From NCBI GenBank assembly GCA_964016885.1, contig OZ024743.1, positions 313,224,001 to 313,288,000 on the forward strand: DNA of 64,000 nt, written 5' to 3'. This document shows, piece by piece, positions 28,201 through 42,511 of this stretch; position 1 is the first letter of the stretch, and each line of letters opens with the position of its first letter. The notes beneath the pieces are model-generated. The model had not been told where the DNA came from, did not search any database, and was given only the letters and a program-made list of their open reading frames with translations. A program made the translations under genes and the position numbers. The stretch is from Eledone cirrhosa (taxonomy: Eukaryota).

Positions 28201-28440
28201 GGTACATTTGAGGAGGAGAGGATGCCCTTCCAGGGTGCTCGCGAAGCGTCGGGTCGTTCAGGATTGGTGGGGTACCTGAGCAAACCCTGGGTGGTCATCC
28301 CCCCTATTGGGGTATTTTTTCTTGTTGTAATTTTCTTGTTACTTTGTTATTGTGATTCATATTGTTTACTCGATTTTTCTGTAAAACCCCACTGTCCCAG
28401 TCTTTTGTATTGTCCCCTATATGTCGGCCCTTGTGGCCAA
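25262..28440 (+). mobile_element. Tx1/L1-clade LINE ORF2 (endonuclease C-terminus, RT, CCHC finger), disrupted
   Basis: SYIDRIF and SDHK (APE), KSPGLDGLP, NFRPITLLN, LDQSKAFDRV, VRQGCPLS, AYADD, CARC..HALVQC; stops and frameshifts split the ORF. Confidence 0.92.
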
Positions 28441-28441
28441 T

Positions 28442-28616
28442 TTGGCAGTATCAGTAGAGAGTCTGACGCCATGCTTTCCAGCATAGTTACGTCCCTTTAC
28501 GGTCTGAGTTCAAATCCCGCCGAGGTTAACTTTGCCTTTCATCCTTACGGGGTCGATACAATAAAGTACCAGTAATGTACTGGGTGATTGCTGGCCTTGT
28601 GCCAAAAGTAGAAACA

Positions 28617-28668
<52 letters not shown>

Positions 28669-29060
28669 GTAGTAGTAGTAGAGCGTCTGACACCATGTTT
28701 TGCAGCATAGAGTTATGGCCCTTTACGTTCTGAGTTCAAATCCCGCCGAGGTTAGATTTGCCTTTCATCATCGTGGGGTCGATAAAATGAAGTACAAGTC
28801 ACGCACGCACTGGGGTCGATTTAATCGAATTTCCTTTCCCCCCAAAAAGATTGCTGGCCTTGTACATTATCGGTGGATTGGCAGTATCGGTAGAAGGTCG
28901 GATGCCATGCTTTGCAACAAAGAGTTACGGCCCTTTATGATCTGAGTTCAAATCCCGCCGAGGTTAACTTTGCCTTTCATCCTTACGTGGTCGATAAAAT
29001 AAAGTACCAGTAATGCACTGGGATAATTACTAGCCTTGTGCCAAAAGTAGAAACAATTAT
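28442..29060 (+). mobile_element. Three head-to-tail tRNA-derived SINE copies, one with an (ATT)n tail
   Basis: Consensus repeated at ~28442, ~28670 and ~28872. Confidence 0.88.
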
Positions 29061-30230
29061 TAGTCTAATTTTTGTTGCGTGTCTTCACTGCATTACCGAA
29101 CAGAGATCTGTGCGCATTGGGTATGTGCCGTATTGGTGGTGTTGTTTCTATTGTATTGCGAGTAGTCTTATATTAATATGTGTGCAGTGCCTAGTAGTAC
29201 TAGTAGCACTATTTTTTGTATATTTTTAGTTATGTATCTATGTTTTTTAATCACTCCCTTGAGCATCCCTTATTATAGGTATGGTTCCTGTTGTCATAAT
29301 CACTATTTGGATTATTTCTCTCTCTATGTTGGGACACTTTCTCCATTTCCTTGGAAGGTATATTGTCGTCTGTGGGAATTGACACATCAATTAGAAGACA
29401 TTACCTTTCTTTGTTGTTTTGACTATAGTATCCAGTCGGTTGGATTGGACTTCTCGGTTTGTGTGTATTGGGATATCCCAGAATATAGTTGCTTTGTAAT
29501 TCTCAGACATCTTTTCTGGTGTGCGCCTGTACCATATATTTCTGCTGGTATTTCATAATGTTGGCATAACCGCCAGTGTATCTAAATCCAAACTCTATCA
29601 TGTCTGGATATATTCCATTTTGCCTAAGACTGGGCAACCAGAGATAATGTGGTTGATTGTTTCTTCCCATCCTCCACATATACTGCAGTTACTTACTGTG
29701 CTATGTTTCATTATGTACTTCTAGTGGTTTCTGGTGAGGAAGCCTTGGTTTCGTGCTGTATTTAGAAATCCTTCTGTATCGGCGTTTAATTCAGTGCTTC
29801 GCAGCGAGTTTTGTGTATTAGGCTTGTCTACTCTCTCTCTATTCAGCTTTTCAGGTATTAGTCATTAGTTTTTTCTTGCCATCGTCTTCAATTTGTTGCC
29901 ATCGTCTTCAAATTAAATTTTATATTTTCACATTTCTGTTGTCTTATTTCTTTCCATTTTCCTAACAATTATCAGTCAACCCAGCTTGTTTTGAATTTGT
30001 TGCCTTCCTTGAATACAGAAAATAATTATTTGCTCATGTTTCGTGACTATATGTATTAACTTATCTTTATTCTTCGGTAGATACTTTCGTAGTCCTACAG
30101 TGCCTATTTTATAATAGTTCTCTAGTTGCTTAAGGCCACTTCCTTATTTTGTTAGTGGTAGGTGTCATTTTTCTACATCTTATTTTGGATGGTGTTTTCT
30201 AAATGCAGTCATTATTTTTCTTGTTTTTAA

Positions 30231-30414
30231 GGTGGTGAATTGGCAGTATCAGTAGAGAGTCGGACGCCATGCTTTCCAGCATAGTTACGTCCCTTTACGG
30301 TCTGAGTTCAAACCCCGCCGAGGTTAACTTTGCCTTTCATCCTTACGGGGTCGATAAAATAAAGTACCTGTAATGTACTGGGTAATTGCTGGCCTTGTGC
30401 CAAAAGTAGAAACA
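30231..30414 (+). mobile_element. tRNA-derived SINE with 18 bp TSD
   Basis: ATTATTTTTCTTGTTTTT at 30211-30228 and 30415-30432. Confidence 0.9.
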
Positions 30415-31844
30415 ATTATTTTTCTTGTTTTTTTTTCTGTCGATTGCACCTAGTTATTTTAGCAGCCAGTTCATGATATTAAAACTGAAACTTATTACTG
30501 AGATCGCTAGAATAATGATGCCTATTACCTTATTCTTTGTATTTATTTGTTTTAAGTAGTAATCTAATCCAATATTTTCTTTCGTGAGTGTGTTGAACCA
30601 TGTCCCAGCTCGTTAATTCATAAGTATGTGTATATCTGTGTTTGATCTAATTGTCTTGTCTCAGTTATATAGCATGATATTAGTGTTTTTACTAGTTGTC
30701 CTCTCTTCAGAGTTATCCTGGTGCATTTTCTCGTCCAAATTCATGCCTATTTCTTTTGTCACTCCACGTACTGTCTGTAGAAGTGTTTCGAGTTGGCTCT
30801 CTTCTGCAGCATACAGCTTTAGATCATCCATATACAGGACATGGTTAATTTTCTTGTAGCATTTACAACCCAGTCTAGTTAAATTTAGTGTTTCAGATAA
30901 TGGTGTCAGTGCTAAGCAGAGAAGAAGTGATGATAGGGAGTCCTCTTGAAATATCCCTCTGTTTATTGGGATGGGCTTAGCTTTTATAGTTCAATACTTC
31001 TGCAGAATTATTTGCTTGATAAATGTTTGTATTGCTGACACTGCTTTATTCATGGCTAGTGCGTTCAGTACCCATATATGAGGAACAATGTCAAATGCCT
31101 TCTGGTAGTCAATCCGTGCCATATTCACGGTCTTTTTATGGCTTTATTGATTAGCTATTAGTCTTTAAAGCCATATAAGCCTCTGCAGCATCGTATCTGT
31201 TCTTTTGGGGGCAATTGCTTGGTCAGTTTCAGCAATACTATTACAGTTAAAGTATTGTATATTGTATATGTTATGGGTCTGTAGTCTTTTTGTCTTGCTG
31301 TGTTATTATTCTTAGTGAGCCAGTCAGGTGTTGTTTTCTGTTTCTGCCAGCATCTCATGAAACATTTTTCTAAGTAAACCACGTGTCTCTGTTAAATAAT
31401 CCAACCAAAAGTTTAGGATCTGGTCATGTCCCGGTGCCTTCCAATAGCTTGTTTTTTCAGTGTGTTAGAGCCATCACCTGTTGTAGTATTTTCCCACAAT
31501 TGTTTATGTACTGTGTTCGATGTTCTTGCTCGTTCTGTGAATGGTAAGTTCCCTTCTCATTCTGCCCATAAACCTCTCTAGAACTCTTCCACTTCTTTAA
31601 CTTTAGGAGCTACTTTTACCTCTATTTGGCTCCTATGAAGTTCCTGGCAGAATCGTTTTGGATTGAAGTTAAATAACTGGCTTTGTTAAAAACACCTTTG
31701 GCGCTTTACATATCTCCGCATCCTTTGTGCCTTTGCAAGTATTTGTTGTTCGCTTTTAGTTATATTTTATTTCTTTAATATTTTTATTTTCTTTCCTCTT
31801 CCTAGTTATGTTGTTTTCTTTCCTGTTTAATTTAAGAATTTCTT

Positions 31845-32870
31845 GTTCACGTTTCGCGGGGTGCTTTGTTACAAGCTCACAGATCGTCTCGATGCGACCA
31901 TGCGATGCTGTGCGAAGCTCATCTGCAATATCAGTTTTGACAGCACCGGCTGGCAACAGGCGAAGCTCCCAGTGATGTTCGGTGGCTTCCACAACATATC
32001 CGCATCATATCTGGCACTGCCGCCTAACTCTCTTCAATCTCTTCCAGTCGCACCCTCATGAGCAAGGTCCTCAGCAAGATGGCAGAACCTGACGTGACCC
32101 AAGAACTGGAGCAGGCCCGGCCAGACTGGACCAGGAAGGCCTTTCCAACCCCCAGTATACAAATGTCATCACCTATTATCACTTATTATCATGCCGCCAG
32201 AGCGAAGGCCGGTTCTCCCGACATGCTGCTACCAACGACATACTGCGAAGGAGCTTCGACGCAGGCAGCTTCCCGTCACACCTGGAGCCACCAGGCCTCG
32301 ACCGTAGAGACGGCAAGCGCCTTGACGTAATTAACCTTTTCCATTGCGAAGGAGGTAAATCCCTTATCTGTGACGCAACATGTTGTGACACTTCTTCGTC
32401 TCCAACTTAGATGCCTCTGCCACAAACGCCGGTCCAGCGGCCTGTAATACAGATGACAGAAAGATAAGCAAATACCAGGGCTTGTCCGGTGGCTTCCTCT
32501 TTGCACTGGTCACCGTCGAGATCTCTGGTATCCTTGGACACCGGACAGCTGACCTCCTTCGTAAAATCGGATCCATAGCAGCCCGCCTGAGGAAGGAACC
32601 CCGCGAGGTGTGGCGGATGTTACAGCGAGTGTCTCTGGCTATTGTCCGACGAAATGTCGTTGACATTTTGTCCTCGGGGCGAAGCCAAAACTTCGCTCTG
32701 ACCTAGGTGTCAGTCTGCCACCCTCTCTCCTTCCTCCTTCCTTTGATTAATAGTACTTGCTCTTCCTCTCCTTTACCCCTCATTTATGGCATTTATAATC
32801 CTTTCCAATGCTACCTTCATTTTCTGCATGTTTGACAAATTTATTGTTATATCAATAATAAATAAATGAA
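31845..32870 (+). mobile_element. CRE-like non-LTR retrotransposon 3' fragment
   Basis: [21 protein letters not shown]-region remnant, VTVEISGILG and LQRVSLAIVRRN; GC-rich island ending in AATAAA repeats. Confidence 0.65.
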
Positions 32871-33634
32871 ATTTAATAATATATTAAAGATTGAGGGGTC
32901 TTTTCTTTTCTTTTCTATCTTTTTTTGTATCTTCGATTTCCATGTTTGCGTTTTATTGTTGTTTGTGTAGATCTAAGGTAGTTCCCACTTTCTTTCTCCA
33001 CAACAACTGCTGCTGCTTATATTGTTATTTAGCCTTAGGATACTAATGTTTCTATTCGTATTTATTACATTTATGATGGTTAGATTAGCGTTTTTTTAAT
33101 AATTGATGCTGTTTTATTATTCATTTTTAATATTGGGAGGCGTATTCTTGGATTCGTTTGAAGTTCTTGGATTATTTACAACTGTATCCTACTATCATTT
33201 GTGCCTAAATCATCATCATCATCATTGTTGTTGTTGTTGTTGTGTGAGTGTGAGTGTGCGCGCGCGCGCGCTAATACCCATATTTTTCCGTCCAGTGGAT
33301 TTATACGCCCGATTATTAGACCGTGTTATGTAGTCACTGTTGTGGTGACTACGTAACACAGTGACTGTTTCTATTTCAACTATTATTGGATTGACAAAAT
33401 CGTTAGAGTATCAGACAAATATCTTTTGGTATTATTTCTGGCACTTTATTTTATCACTTAAAATTCCACCGATGAAAGCTTTGTTTTTCATTGCAGGCTC
33501 AATAAAATAAAGTACCAGTCATGTACTGATTCGATTTAATCGCCTTTCTCCTCGCCTAAATATTTCTGGCATCGTGCCTATGTTAGAAACCGTTATTAGC
33601 TTCATATATATAATATGCAGTGCAGTAGTTATTT

Positions 33635-34033
33635 AATGGTTTCTGATTTAGGAAAAGGGAGGGAAAAGTCGATTATATCGACCCCAGTGTGTGACTGGTA
33701 TTTATTTTATTGATCTTGTAAGGATGAAAGGCATAGCTAACCTCGGCGGGATTTGAACTCAGAACGTAAAGGGCCATAACTCTATGCCACAAAGCGTGTT
33801 ATTCGACGTTCTACCGATTTTGCCAACCCACCAGCAGATACTTAAATAATTGTTTCTACTTTTGGTACAAGGCGAGCAATTATCCCAGTGCATTAGTGGT
33901 GATTTTTTTTATCGAGCCCGTAAGGATGAAAGGCAAAGGTAACCTCGGTGGGATTTGAACTCAGAACGTAAAGGGCCATAACTCTATGCTGCAAAGCATG
34001 GTGTCTGACGCTCTACCAATACTGCCTATCCAC
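33635..34033 (-). mobile_element. Two tandem tRNA-derived SINE copies
   Basis: Reverse complement of the consensus at ~33635-33832 and ~33847-34033. Confidence 0.85.
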
Positions 34034-34880
34034 TGCTCTTAGTTATTTAAATAATAAAACAGACGCAATAAACTAATGAATAAAAATAGTAGTCTGGTAA
34101 AAGAAGTCGTGAAATAAATTGGCATCGCTGGACAAAAAAAAAAAAAAAATTGCTGACTATGAAGGTGTGATGCTAGAGCTGAGAAATCTTGCATGCATTA
34201 AGTTCAATTCTTCATATTGATAAGTGCCTTGGTTGTTTTCCATGGATTATGTTGAAAGATAAATCTTATTTGGTCATCCCATTAGACTATCTTGGTCAGC
34301 TTATGAACTTTTCAACTGACCCTTGTATGAATTACAAAACTTTGAATAATAGATTCTATGTCTATGTTTTGTTTTTTTGGTTAAAATTGTTTTGTAAAAA
34401 TTTAAATATATAGAAAGTTAAATATGGATAATCTTTAGTTTTTTTTAATAAATCAAAATAGTCTTTAAATGTGGTTAACAGATGCATTTTCAATCTAAAG
34501 TTAAAGAAAGATGAATTTTAATGAAATTTATTTTTATGGATGAAAATAATGTCTAAATATGGTTAAAAGTTTCGTTTTAAAGTTTGAATCTAAAGAAAAT
34601 TAAATGCTGATAATCTATATTTTTAGAGATGAAACAAAATGTTTCAACATTCTTGGCTGTTTTAGTGACTTGGATGAGGCGATGATGGTGCACAGCTTGG
34701 ATGCAGTCGATCGTATGAATTTCTAAAGTCTGTCACTTATTTTATCGGTCTTGTTTGTGTCAAACCGCTAAAAGCATAAGTACAAACACAAACACAACTG
34801 CAAACATAGTCACACTCACGCACACACACACACGTACGCACACACACACATACGCACACACGCACACACACACACACACC

Positions 34881-36430
34881 CCATCTTCTCCATGGGCCTT
34901 ACCCTCCTTGATCTTATCCTTAGCTCTCCGAAGCTCCTCTTTGGCAAAGGATCCTGGCTCAATATCCAGTTCCTCAAACAACTGTCTGATCTCCCTGGTG
35001 TTCAGGACTGTTGAGGGTGGCTCTCCTAGTAGATTCTTAAAATGGTTCAGCCACTTCCTCATTCTATCGTCGGGCTTTCTTCCCTGGATCTGACACGAAC
35101 TCCCTCTCTTCCTCCCAGTGATCTCGTTGATCATCGTCCAGCTCTCTTTACACTTACACTTGTCAACCGCTCTCTCTATACTCTTGATCTTCTCCATCAG
35201 CATCTCCTCTTTGGCCTCAGTGTAAGCGGCACAGAGTATTTTCTTCCTCACCTCCACATACTTCTTCCCCTCCTCCGTAGGATCAGCATGGAATTGCTCT
35301 TTGGTACTGCTCTGAGGTGTTCTCTGGCTGCACACACTTTTGGTTCTGCAGACCTGTTGTCCCTCCTCTTCCCTTCCCTCCTCGACACCAGGGCCTCACT
35401 TGCTTCTGCCACTGCAGTGGTGAAGTGCCCGTAACGCCTCGTTACACCCTCTTCAGTCCCTCAATCTCTCTCTCCTCTGCCTCTCTCCATAGAGCACTGA
35501 ACCTGTTCCTCCCTTGTACCTCTCCTGTAGTTTATCATCTTCATTGAAAGCTCCCCATTCATAGATAACTCTCTGGGGCTTAGTCTTACTCTTTCTTAAA
35601 CTAACCCACCTTGCACTGGAGAAAAACCAGAACTCGGGCTTCACTGTAACACCGGCCCAGAGCAGGAGAGTTAAGGCTAAAAAGATACCAGATGCTGAAT
35701 TTGCTGACGACATAGCTCAGGTGACAAGCACAGTGAAAGAGGCAGAGGAGTTGATGTGAGAGGTGGAGACTATGTCGATGAGTGTGGTGCTGAGAATGAA
35801 TGAGAGTAAAACCAAGTATTCGGTAGAGAACATCAAGAGGCCTGAGAGGTGTATGCATTTTGGTGGGAAACTGCTAGAGTTGGTTGGGGACTTACTCTAT
35901 CTGGGAGCAATGGTTGGGAACACAGAGGACGATGTGGTGGAGAGGGAGAGCAAAGCCTGGGCGGCATGACACAGTTTAAGGTTTGTTTGGAAGTTGGACC
36001 TTCGTAAAGATCTGAAGATCCGTCTCTTCGTCGCTACAGTGGAGTCTTTGCTGCTGTACGGGTGTGAGACTTGGACACTGACCAAGTGACTCACTCAGAT
36101 GGTAGATGGATGCTACACGAGGATGCCGGGATAGCCCTAAACATTAATCAGTATGTACTGAGAATGATGAACTGTACGGGATCCTCCCAAAAGTCAGCTC
36201 GAAAGTGACACAGAGGAGACAGGTTAGTTGGACATGCACATGTTCAGAGTTGACATTGCACTCAATGGTCCTGTGGAAGCCCCTACACGGACACACTGGA
36301 AGACGGAGACCGACGATGACATATGTTGATGCCCTAAGGATAGACACAGGTCTCTGGGAGACAGACGCGGGACATATCGGCGATGATGAAGGACAGAGGC
36401 CGCTGGAGAGATCTCATCCATGAATCTCGG
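34881..36430 (+). mobile_element. RTE-like LINE with inverted 5' part and deleted RT core
   Basis: Minus 34881-35600: WLNHFKNLL..KAHGEDG; plus 35636-36430: EFADDIA, YLGA, LLYGCETWTLT, GRRRPTMTYVDAL. Confidence 0.8.
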
Positions 36431-36445
36431 GAATTTTACCCGCCC

Positions 36446-36496
<51 letters not shown>

Positions 36497-37039
36497 GTAC
36501 AGCGGGCTTCTGTAGTTTCCGTCTACCAAATCTCACTCCCATGGCTTTGGTCAACCCCGAAGCTAAGCTGCCACACAGTATGAGTGAACCCAGGAAAACT
36601 TTATTGCTCTGCGAATTTCTGAACCACACAGTTATATCTGGCTTAAAAAAAATTATTTTTTATATTAACTTTAAAGAAGTTAAATGTCGTTAATCTCTAT
36701 TTTTATATATGAAACTAATGTTTAAATATGGTGTAAAAACGTTTCAACATAACATAGAACACATTTGTCTTAATATGCTGATTAACGCAGATGTCAGCTA
36801 TTTTAAAACCCAACGTTTTCAATTAGTTTACTTCTGTGTCTCCTTTTTTTTTCACATAAACATTTGGAAACAGAATAAAAGAATTTAATCTGTAATTAAT
36901 TGTGTTAGGTTTAATTAATATTAGTTTCTCCAAATTAAAAGTTTAAAGTACATTCCGAAACGTTTAAACTTTAACCCAAGAAAAATAAAAATTCAATATG
37001 TAAGGCTAAATTTATCAGAGGAAATTATTCATTAATGAA

Positions 37040-37110
37040 GGACCGCAGTCTAGTGGTTAGAATGTTCGTCTCACGACCTTAATATCGCGGGTTCGATTCC
37101 CAAACAGTGC
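37040..37110 (+). mobile_element. Decayed tRNA-like head of another SINE family
   Basis: AGTCTAGTGGTTAG (A box) and GGTTCGATTCC (B box); no clean acceptor stem. Confidence 0.5.
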
Positions 37111-37439
37111 AGCATATCGTGTCATTAAGTAACACAATTCATTTAACGCCGCTCCTGTTTTTTTTTAACCCGTAACTTGTGAAGGATTTTCTTTAAAACC
37201 TAGCGGAACCCATCTCCTTCCAAGTTTGAATATAGCAGATTTCTTTCAGAGAAGGATAGAGAGTGAGAGAATGGAAATTAGAAATAGATATAGAGGCATA
37301 ATCGATCCCCAACACTTGACTGGTACTTTTTTATCAACCTTGAATGGATGAAAGGTAAAAGTTGACCATCTTTGAAACTATATTCTTTGTATCTCTTCTA
37401 CTATGAGATTTATTATCTATTATTGTTATAATTCCATTG

Positions 37440-38510
37440 GCGGTTGGCAGAGTGCCGGACAACATACAGTTACGGCTGTTTACGTTCTGAGTTCAAATAC
37501 TGCCGAGTTTAGCAATGCCTTTCAACCTTACGAGGTCGATAACACACTGGAGTCGATTTAATCAACTTTCCCCTCCCCCAAATTTGTTGGCCTTGTGCCT
37601 AATTCAGAAACCACTATATTCCCATCAGTATTTTAAACTGGAAAGATACACGAGACATTTGTCCAAGATACCACTCTATGTGCTCGAACCCGGACTTTTG
37701 ATCACGAAAGAAATCTCTTAACAATTCGACCATGCTGTGTCCATTATAGTAACATTAATGCATTTTGGACGGGTGATAGACTAACAGAGGCGTTGGAGCG
37801 TCAGACAAAATGCTTGGTGGTATTCATTGTCGCTCTTTCCCTTCTCAGTTAAATAACACCATGGTGAAATATTGCCTTTCATCCTTCCGAGGTCAATAAA
37901 ATAATACACCAGGGAGGGTTAGGGTCGATTTAATCGACTTTTCCTCTCTATACACAAAATTGGTGCCCCTGTGCTTAAAGTAGAACCATTATTATGATTG
38001 AGTTCAAATCCCGCCGAAGTTAGCTTTGCTTTTCATCTTACGGGGTCGATAAAATAAAGCACCAGTAACGTACCGAGGATGATTTAATCCATTTTCCCCT
38101 CTCTAAAATTGTTACCCTTGTGCCTAAATGAGACACCATCGGTAGAGGGTCGGACGCCATGCTTTACAACAAAGAGTTACGGCCCTTTATGGTCTGAGTT
38201 CAAATCCCGCCAAAGTTAACTTTGCCTTTCATCCTTACGGGGTTGATAAAATAGAGTACCACTAATACACTGGGATAATTGCTGGCCTTGTGCCAAAAAG
38301 TAAAAACAATTATTACGGTCTGAAATTGCGGTGGATTGGCAGTAATGGTAGAGCGTCGGACAATATGCTTTGTGGCATAGCGTTACACCCCTTTACGTTT
38401 TGAGATCAAATTTTGCTGAGGTCAACGCTGCTTTTCATCTTTTCGAGATTGGTTGATACATTAAAGTATCATCCAAACACTGTTATCAATTTAATCGACT
38501 CTCCCCCTTC
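37440..38510 (+). mobile_element. Cluster of ~5 same-orientation SINE copies of differing age
   Basis: B box and central domain repeated; best copy at 38138-38312. Confidence 0.8.
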
Positions 38511-38890
38511 CGAATTCTTCAATATCTTAAGCAATAGAATTAAATATCTATCTATGACTATGACAGGGAATTAGATTTTAGCTTCTGTTCACAAATTATT
38601 TATAGTAAAACATTCAATCATAGTTGCTGACCCAGAAAAGTACAGCTACTACTATTACTACCACTACCACCACCACCACCACCCCTACTACTACTATTAC
38701 CACCAACAGCCTTACTACTACTACTACCACCACCACCACCACCACCACCACCACAACAACAACAACAACACTAGTTTATAAGCTATCTCATCGCATCTCC
38801 GCGTATGAGCAAATCACTCTTTATATATATATAAATATGTGTATGTGTGAGTGTGATGTACATATGCACACACATATATAGAGATAGATA

Positions 38891-41483
38891 AATTTCTTTA
38901 TTAGCCACAAGAGCACAAAAGAAGGGGAAAATACAAATGGGGAGTTTACATACAGGTATATGAAAATAAAATTATTAATACAATAACAAATAACAATTGA
39001 AATCCCCAATAGGGGGAGGTGTTATACAGGGGTTGTACACACCCCGAAAAAATGTACAACCCTCATCTCCAGGAGCACCAAGAGTGAGTACTCCCTTCCT
39101 CTCTTGCTCTTTTTCCTCAACCTACAGGCTTATATAGAGAGAAGGCCCAACCACTCCAACCATCTTTGCCACATTCACCCACCTTTTATAAAATTTGCTG
39201 GGGTACAGCACCTCTCTCTCCATCCTGATTCTTCTTCCAAAATGATATTTGAAAAAACGAATCAGTTGCTCGCCGGAGAGAAAGGTGTCTGACCTCAGCC
39301 CTTTCAAACTCGTCTACCATATAACCTCTTTCGCCATAGCCATAACACAGGAAAACCGCCTCTCCCTCGTTTTTGAAGGAGGGTGGCCGTTTGATCATGA
39401 CAATGGACTCGGTGGTCAACTGGATTGGTCCCACCCGCGACAATAGTCGTTCTACATAGCCCCACAGGTCAGTAACGCCCGGGCAGTGTACGAATGCGTG
39501 TGCGACAGTTTCCTCGTCGCGCACGCATCTCGGACAGATCTTTTTCGAAGGGTCCCTACCCGGACTCCCGTGTCTGTAGAGCTTGTCTCGAACTGGTAGA
39601 GCTCCTCGGTAGCACTGCCAGGCCAGGGACCTTTGGAAGTTGTACATTGGTCCCGGGCGGAAGGTCCTACCGAACAGACTGGCCAATTCGTCCTCCTCTA
39701 CGCCTAGAGTTTCTCCGAGCGTGTCGTCGCACTTGCTGCGGACCAACCCTCTATAGAATGTCGAAGTGGAGTCTCCACTGATCGCCGGGCCCGTTTTGCC
39801 AGAGGACTGTGAGCGCCTGAGCACATTCGATGTGCCAGTCGCCCACTTTCCTCGGTCTTTGCTTGACCCAGGACTGCAGCTCGGTCAGCGAGACGAGTCG
39901 TGGGAAGGCTCACCTCACGAACGGGGTCCACACCGGTTGTCTGGTGAGGAATACGTGGAGGTGCCGCAGCCTGAGCGCGTGTTTGCGCATCGTCATCCAC
40001 GGCATCCCCAGCCCTCCGTTTGAAGGGTGTTGGCAGCAGATGGATCTTTTCACCAAAGGAGCCCGTTTCTTCTAAAGGAATTGGAAGAGCGCGCGCTCCA
40101 TTTTGGTGAGCCATTTGGCTGGATAAGGCACGACGGCCAAGCGGTAGTAGATGACGGACGCTATAAAAGTGTTCGCCACCTCCGCTCGGCCTTTCAAGGA
40201 TAGTTTGCACTCGGCCCACTTCTGGGTGAGCGCAAACACCTTGGCCGTCACTTCCGTTCCAGTTCTTCTCCACCTGGAGGTCCGGACCAAACCAGACCCC
40301 GAGCAGCTTTACAGGTCCTTCCGTCCAGTGTCCGACGACGTCATCGGAAGGCATCGGTTTGCCTCTCCACGTTCCGAGTTGCAAACCGACGGATTTGTCC
40401 CGGTTCAGCTTCGCTCCTGTGAACCTTTCGTATTCCGCCAGCAAGGTGCCGATCTCCCGATTTGCGAGGTGCTCGACACCATTACTGTCACGTCGTCGGC
40501 GTAGACCGACGCCGCTTTCCGCAGTCCTGGTTCCAAAAGGATGCCTTGCAATAGCTCCAACTTCCGCAGTAGTGGCTCGAGAGTCAGTACGTACAGAAGG
40601 GAGGAGAGTGGGCATCCCTGTCGGATGGATCGTGTGATATGGAATGGCTTCGAGAGGTAGCCGTTCACCTTTACCCTTGAGCAGATGTTGTTGCTGTGCA
40701 TTGCAGCAATCCAGCCCCTGAACACGGGTCCGAAGCCTGCCGCCTCGAGCACCGCATCCAGGTAACGATGGTCAACCCTAACGAAAGCCTTAGATTGATC
40801 TAAGTTGATCAGGGCCTCACCGAAGCCGGGTTTACACCCTACCCTCTCTATGATGTATCGCATGAGGTGGAGGTTGTCGTGTATGGACCTGGTCGGGATT
40901 GCGCATGTCTGCGCTTCTCCCACCAGGTTTTCGACGACAAGCGCCAGCCTCTTTGCCAACACCTTGGCCAAAATCTGTAACTCTGTGTTGAGCAGAATTA
41001 TGGGTCTGAAGTTGCCTATGTAATCCCCCTTGTTCTCGTCCTTCCTGACTAACGCGATTACGCCCTTGGTCACAGAACTGGGAATTCTCCCGTTCTGCTG
41101 CCAGTTGCAGTAGACCGCTTCCAGGAGACCTGAGAACAAGTCCGGCATTGTTACGTAAAATTTGTAGGGTAGACCGTCGAGACCTGGAGATTTGCGTTTG
41201 CCGCATTGTCTCAGCGCGTCCCCGATCTCAGCGGCCTAAATCGGCCTTTCGCAGAACTTCGCCTCGCTGTCCGAGAGTCGCGGTAGGCCGTCGAGGTATG
41301 AACCGAAATCCATAGCCCCTCCCGGCGCGCCGCCCTGCCCGAACAGTTGAGCAAAGTGCCGCTGAAAGGCCGCGCACATCTGCTTCGGCTCACATATCAC
41401 GCGTCCGTATTGGTCCTCCAAAGACCTAATCGTGGACTTGTTGCCACTTTTCGCCTCCGTCACTCGGGCCCAGCTAACAGCTT
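38891..41483 (-). mobile_element. Tx1/L1-clade LINE, 5' truncated, with 14 bp TSD
   Basis: ORFs homologous to 25758-28144 (VYADD, CPRC..HAFVHC); TATAGAGATAGATA at 38877-38890 and 41484-41497; AATAAA at the 3' end. Confidence 0.92.
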
Positions 41484-42511
41484 TATAGAGATAGATAGAT
41501 GTACAAAAACAGTTTTCTTTTAAAATTTGGAATAAAGTTTGATTAAATTAAGTGCCGGACTAAATGCCCCAGTATTTGTTGCATCTCCCTGCATTCTGAG
41601 TTCGAATCCCACCGAGTGAACTTTCCATTTCATCCTTTCAGGGTCAATACAGTTTCTTGAATAATGATATTCGATAAACTGAAGGCGAGACTGGTTCATT
41701 TAATGAGTTAGTGGCTGAGTATTCCACATACACGTGTACTCATTATAAATCATAACCCAAATCTGCATAACACAGTATATAACATGGCTAAGCCTGTAAA
41801 TTGCAGGTACAATCCACTCTACGAGCTTCCACGCTGTTTACGTCAGCCCAGTTTCCCTCAAAAGGCTTCAGCCAACTCGAATCTATTGAAATAAGCCAAA
41901 GATACCAGACTGTGGGATAGAGCTTCTAACATAATGAATATCATGATTCTTAACTACTTGCTCATACCTCTGTCATTAAGTATATAGCAGGAGAATCACT
42001 GGAAGGGCTTCTTTCAGAAATCAACATGTAAGTGGCTGAGCATTCCATGGACACGTGTATCCTTAACGTATTTCTCAAGGTAATTCAAAATGATAGTGTG
42101 CAACAAGGCTGACTCTTTGAATTACGGCAACAACATACAACTCATTTTTTTCCAGTTGAGTGGTCTGATGCAACGTGAAATAAAGTGTCTTGTTCAATGA
42201 TACAACGAGTGCAAGTGACCTAGTATTCAACAACAGACGTGTGTAACCTTAACGTAATCTTTCAGTGTGACACGGTCCGTGAAAAACCTGGCCCATTGAA
42301 TTACAGGTACAACAGACAACACATTTTTGCAAGCGGAGTGAACTGGAGCTACGTGAAATAAAGAAACCACATGTTGAGGTGTGATCTAATTTACAAACTT
42401 AGGATCAGCACCCTAACCACCAATCCACGCAATTCCAGAGTATTGTTATATATTGTTGGGGTAATCGCTGGCCTTGTGCCAAAAGTAGAAACTATTATTT
42501 GTTATACTACA

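Larger units (their letters stand above)
29230..33190 (-). mobile_element. R4/Dong-like (restriction-like endonuclease) LINE relic interrupted by a SINE and a CRE-like insert
   Basis: Minus strand gives KAPGHD, IDYQKAFDIVPH, GIFQEDSLS, INHVLYMDDLKLYA and CSICGGWEETINHIISGCP; the limit beyond 31800 is uncertain. Confidence 0.8.

Noticed and set aside
37040-37110. tRNA gene
   Set aside because: A and B boxes present but the cloverleaf is not intact; treated as a SINE head
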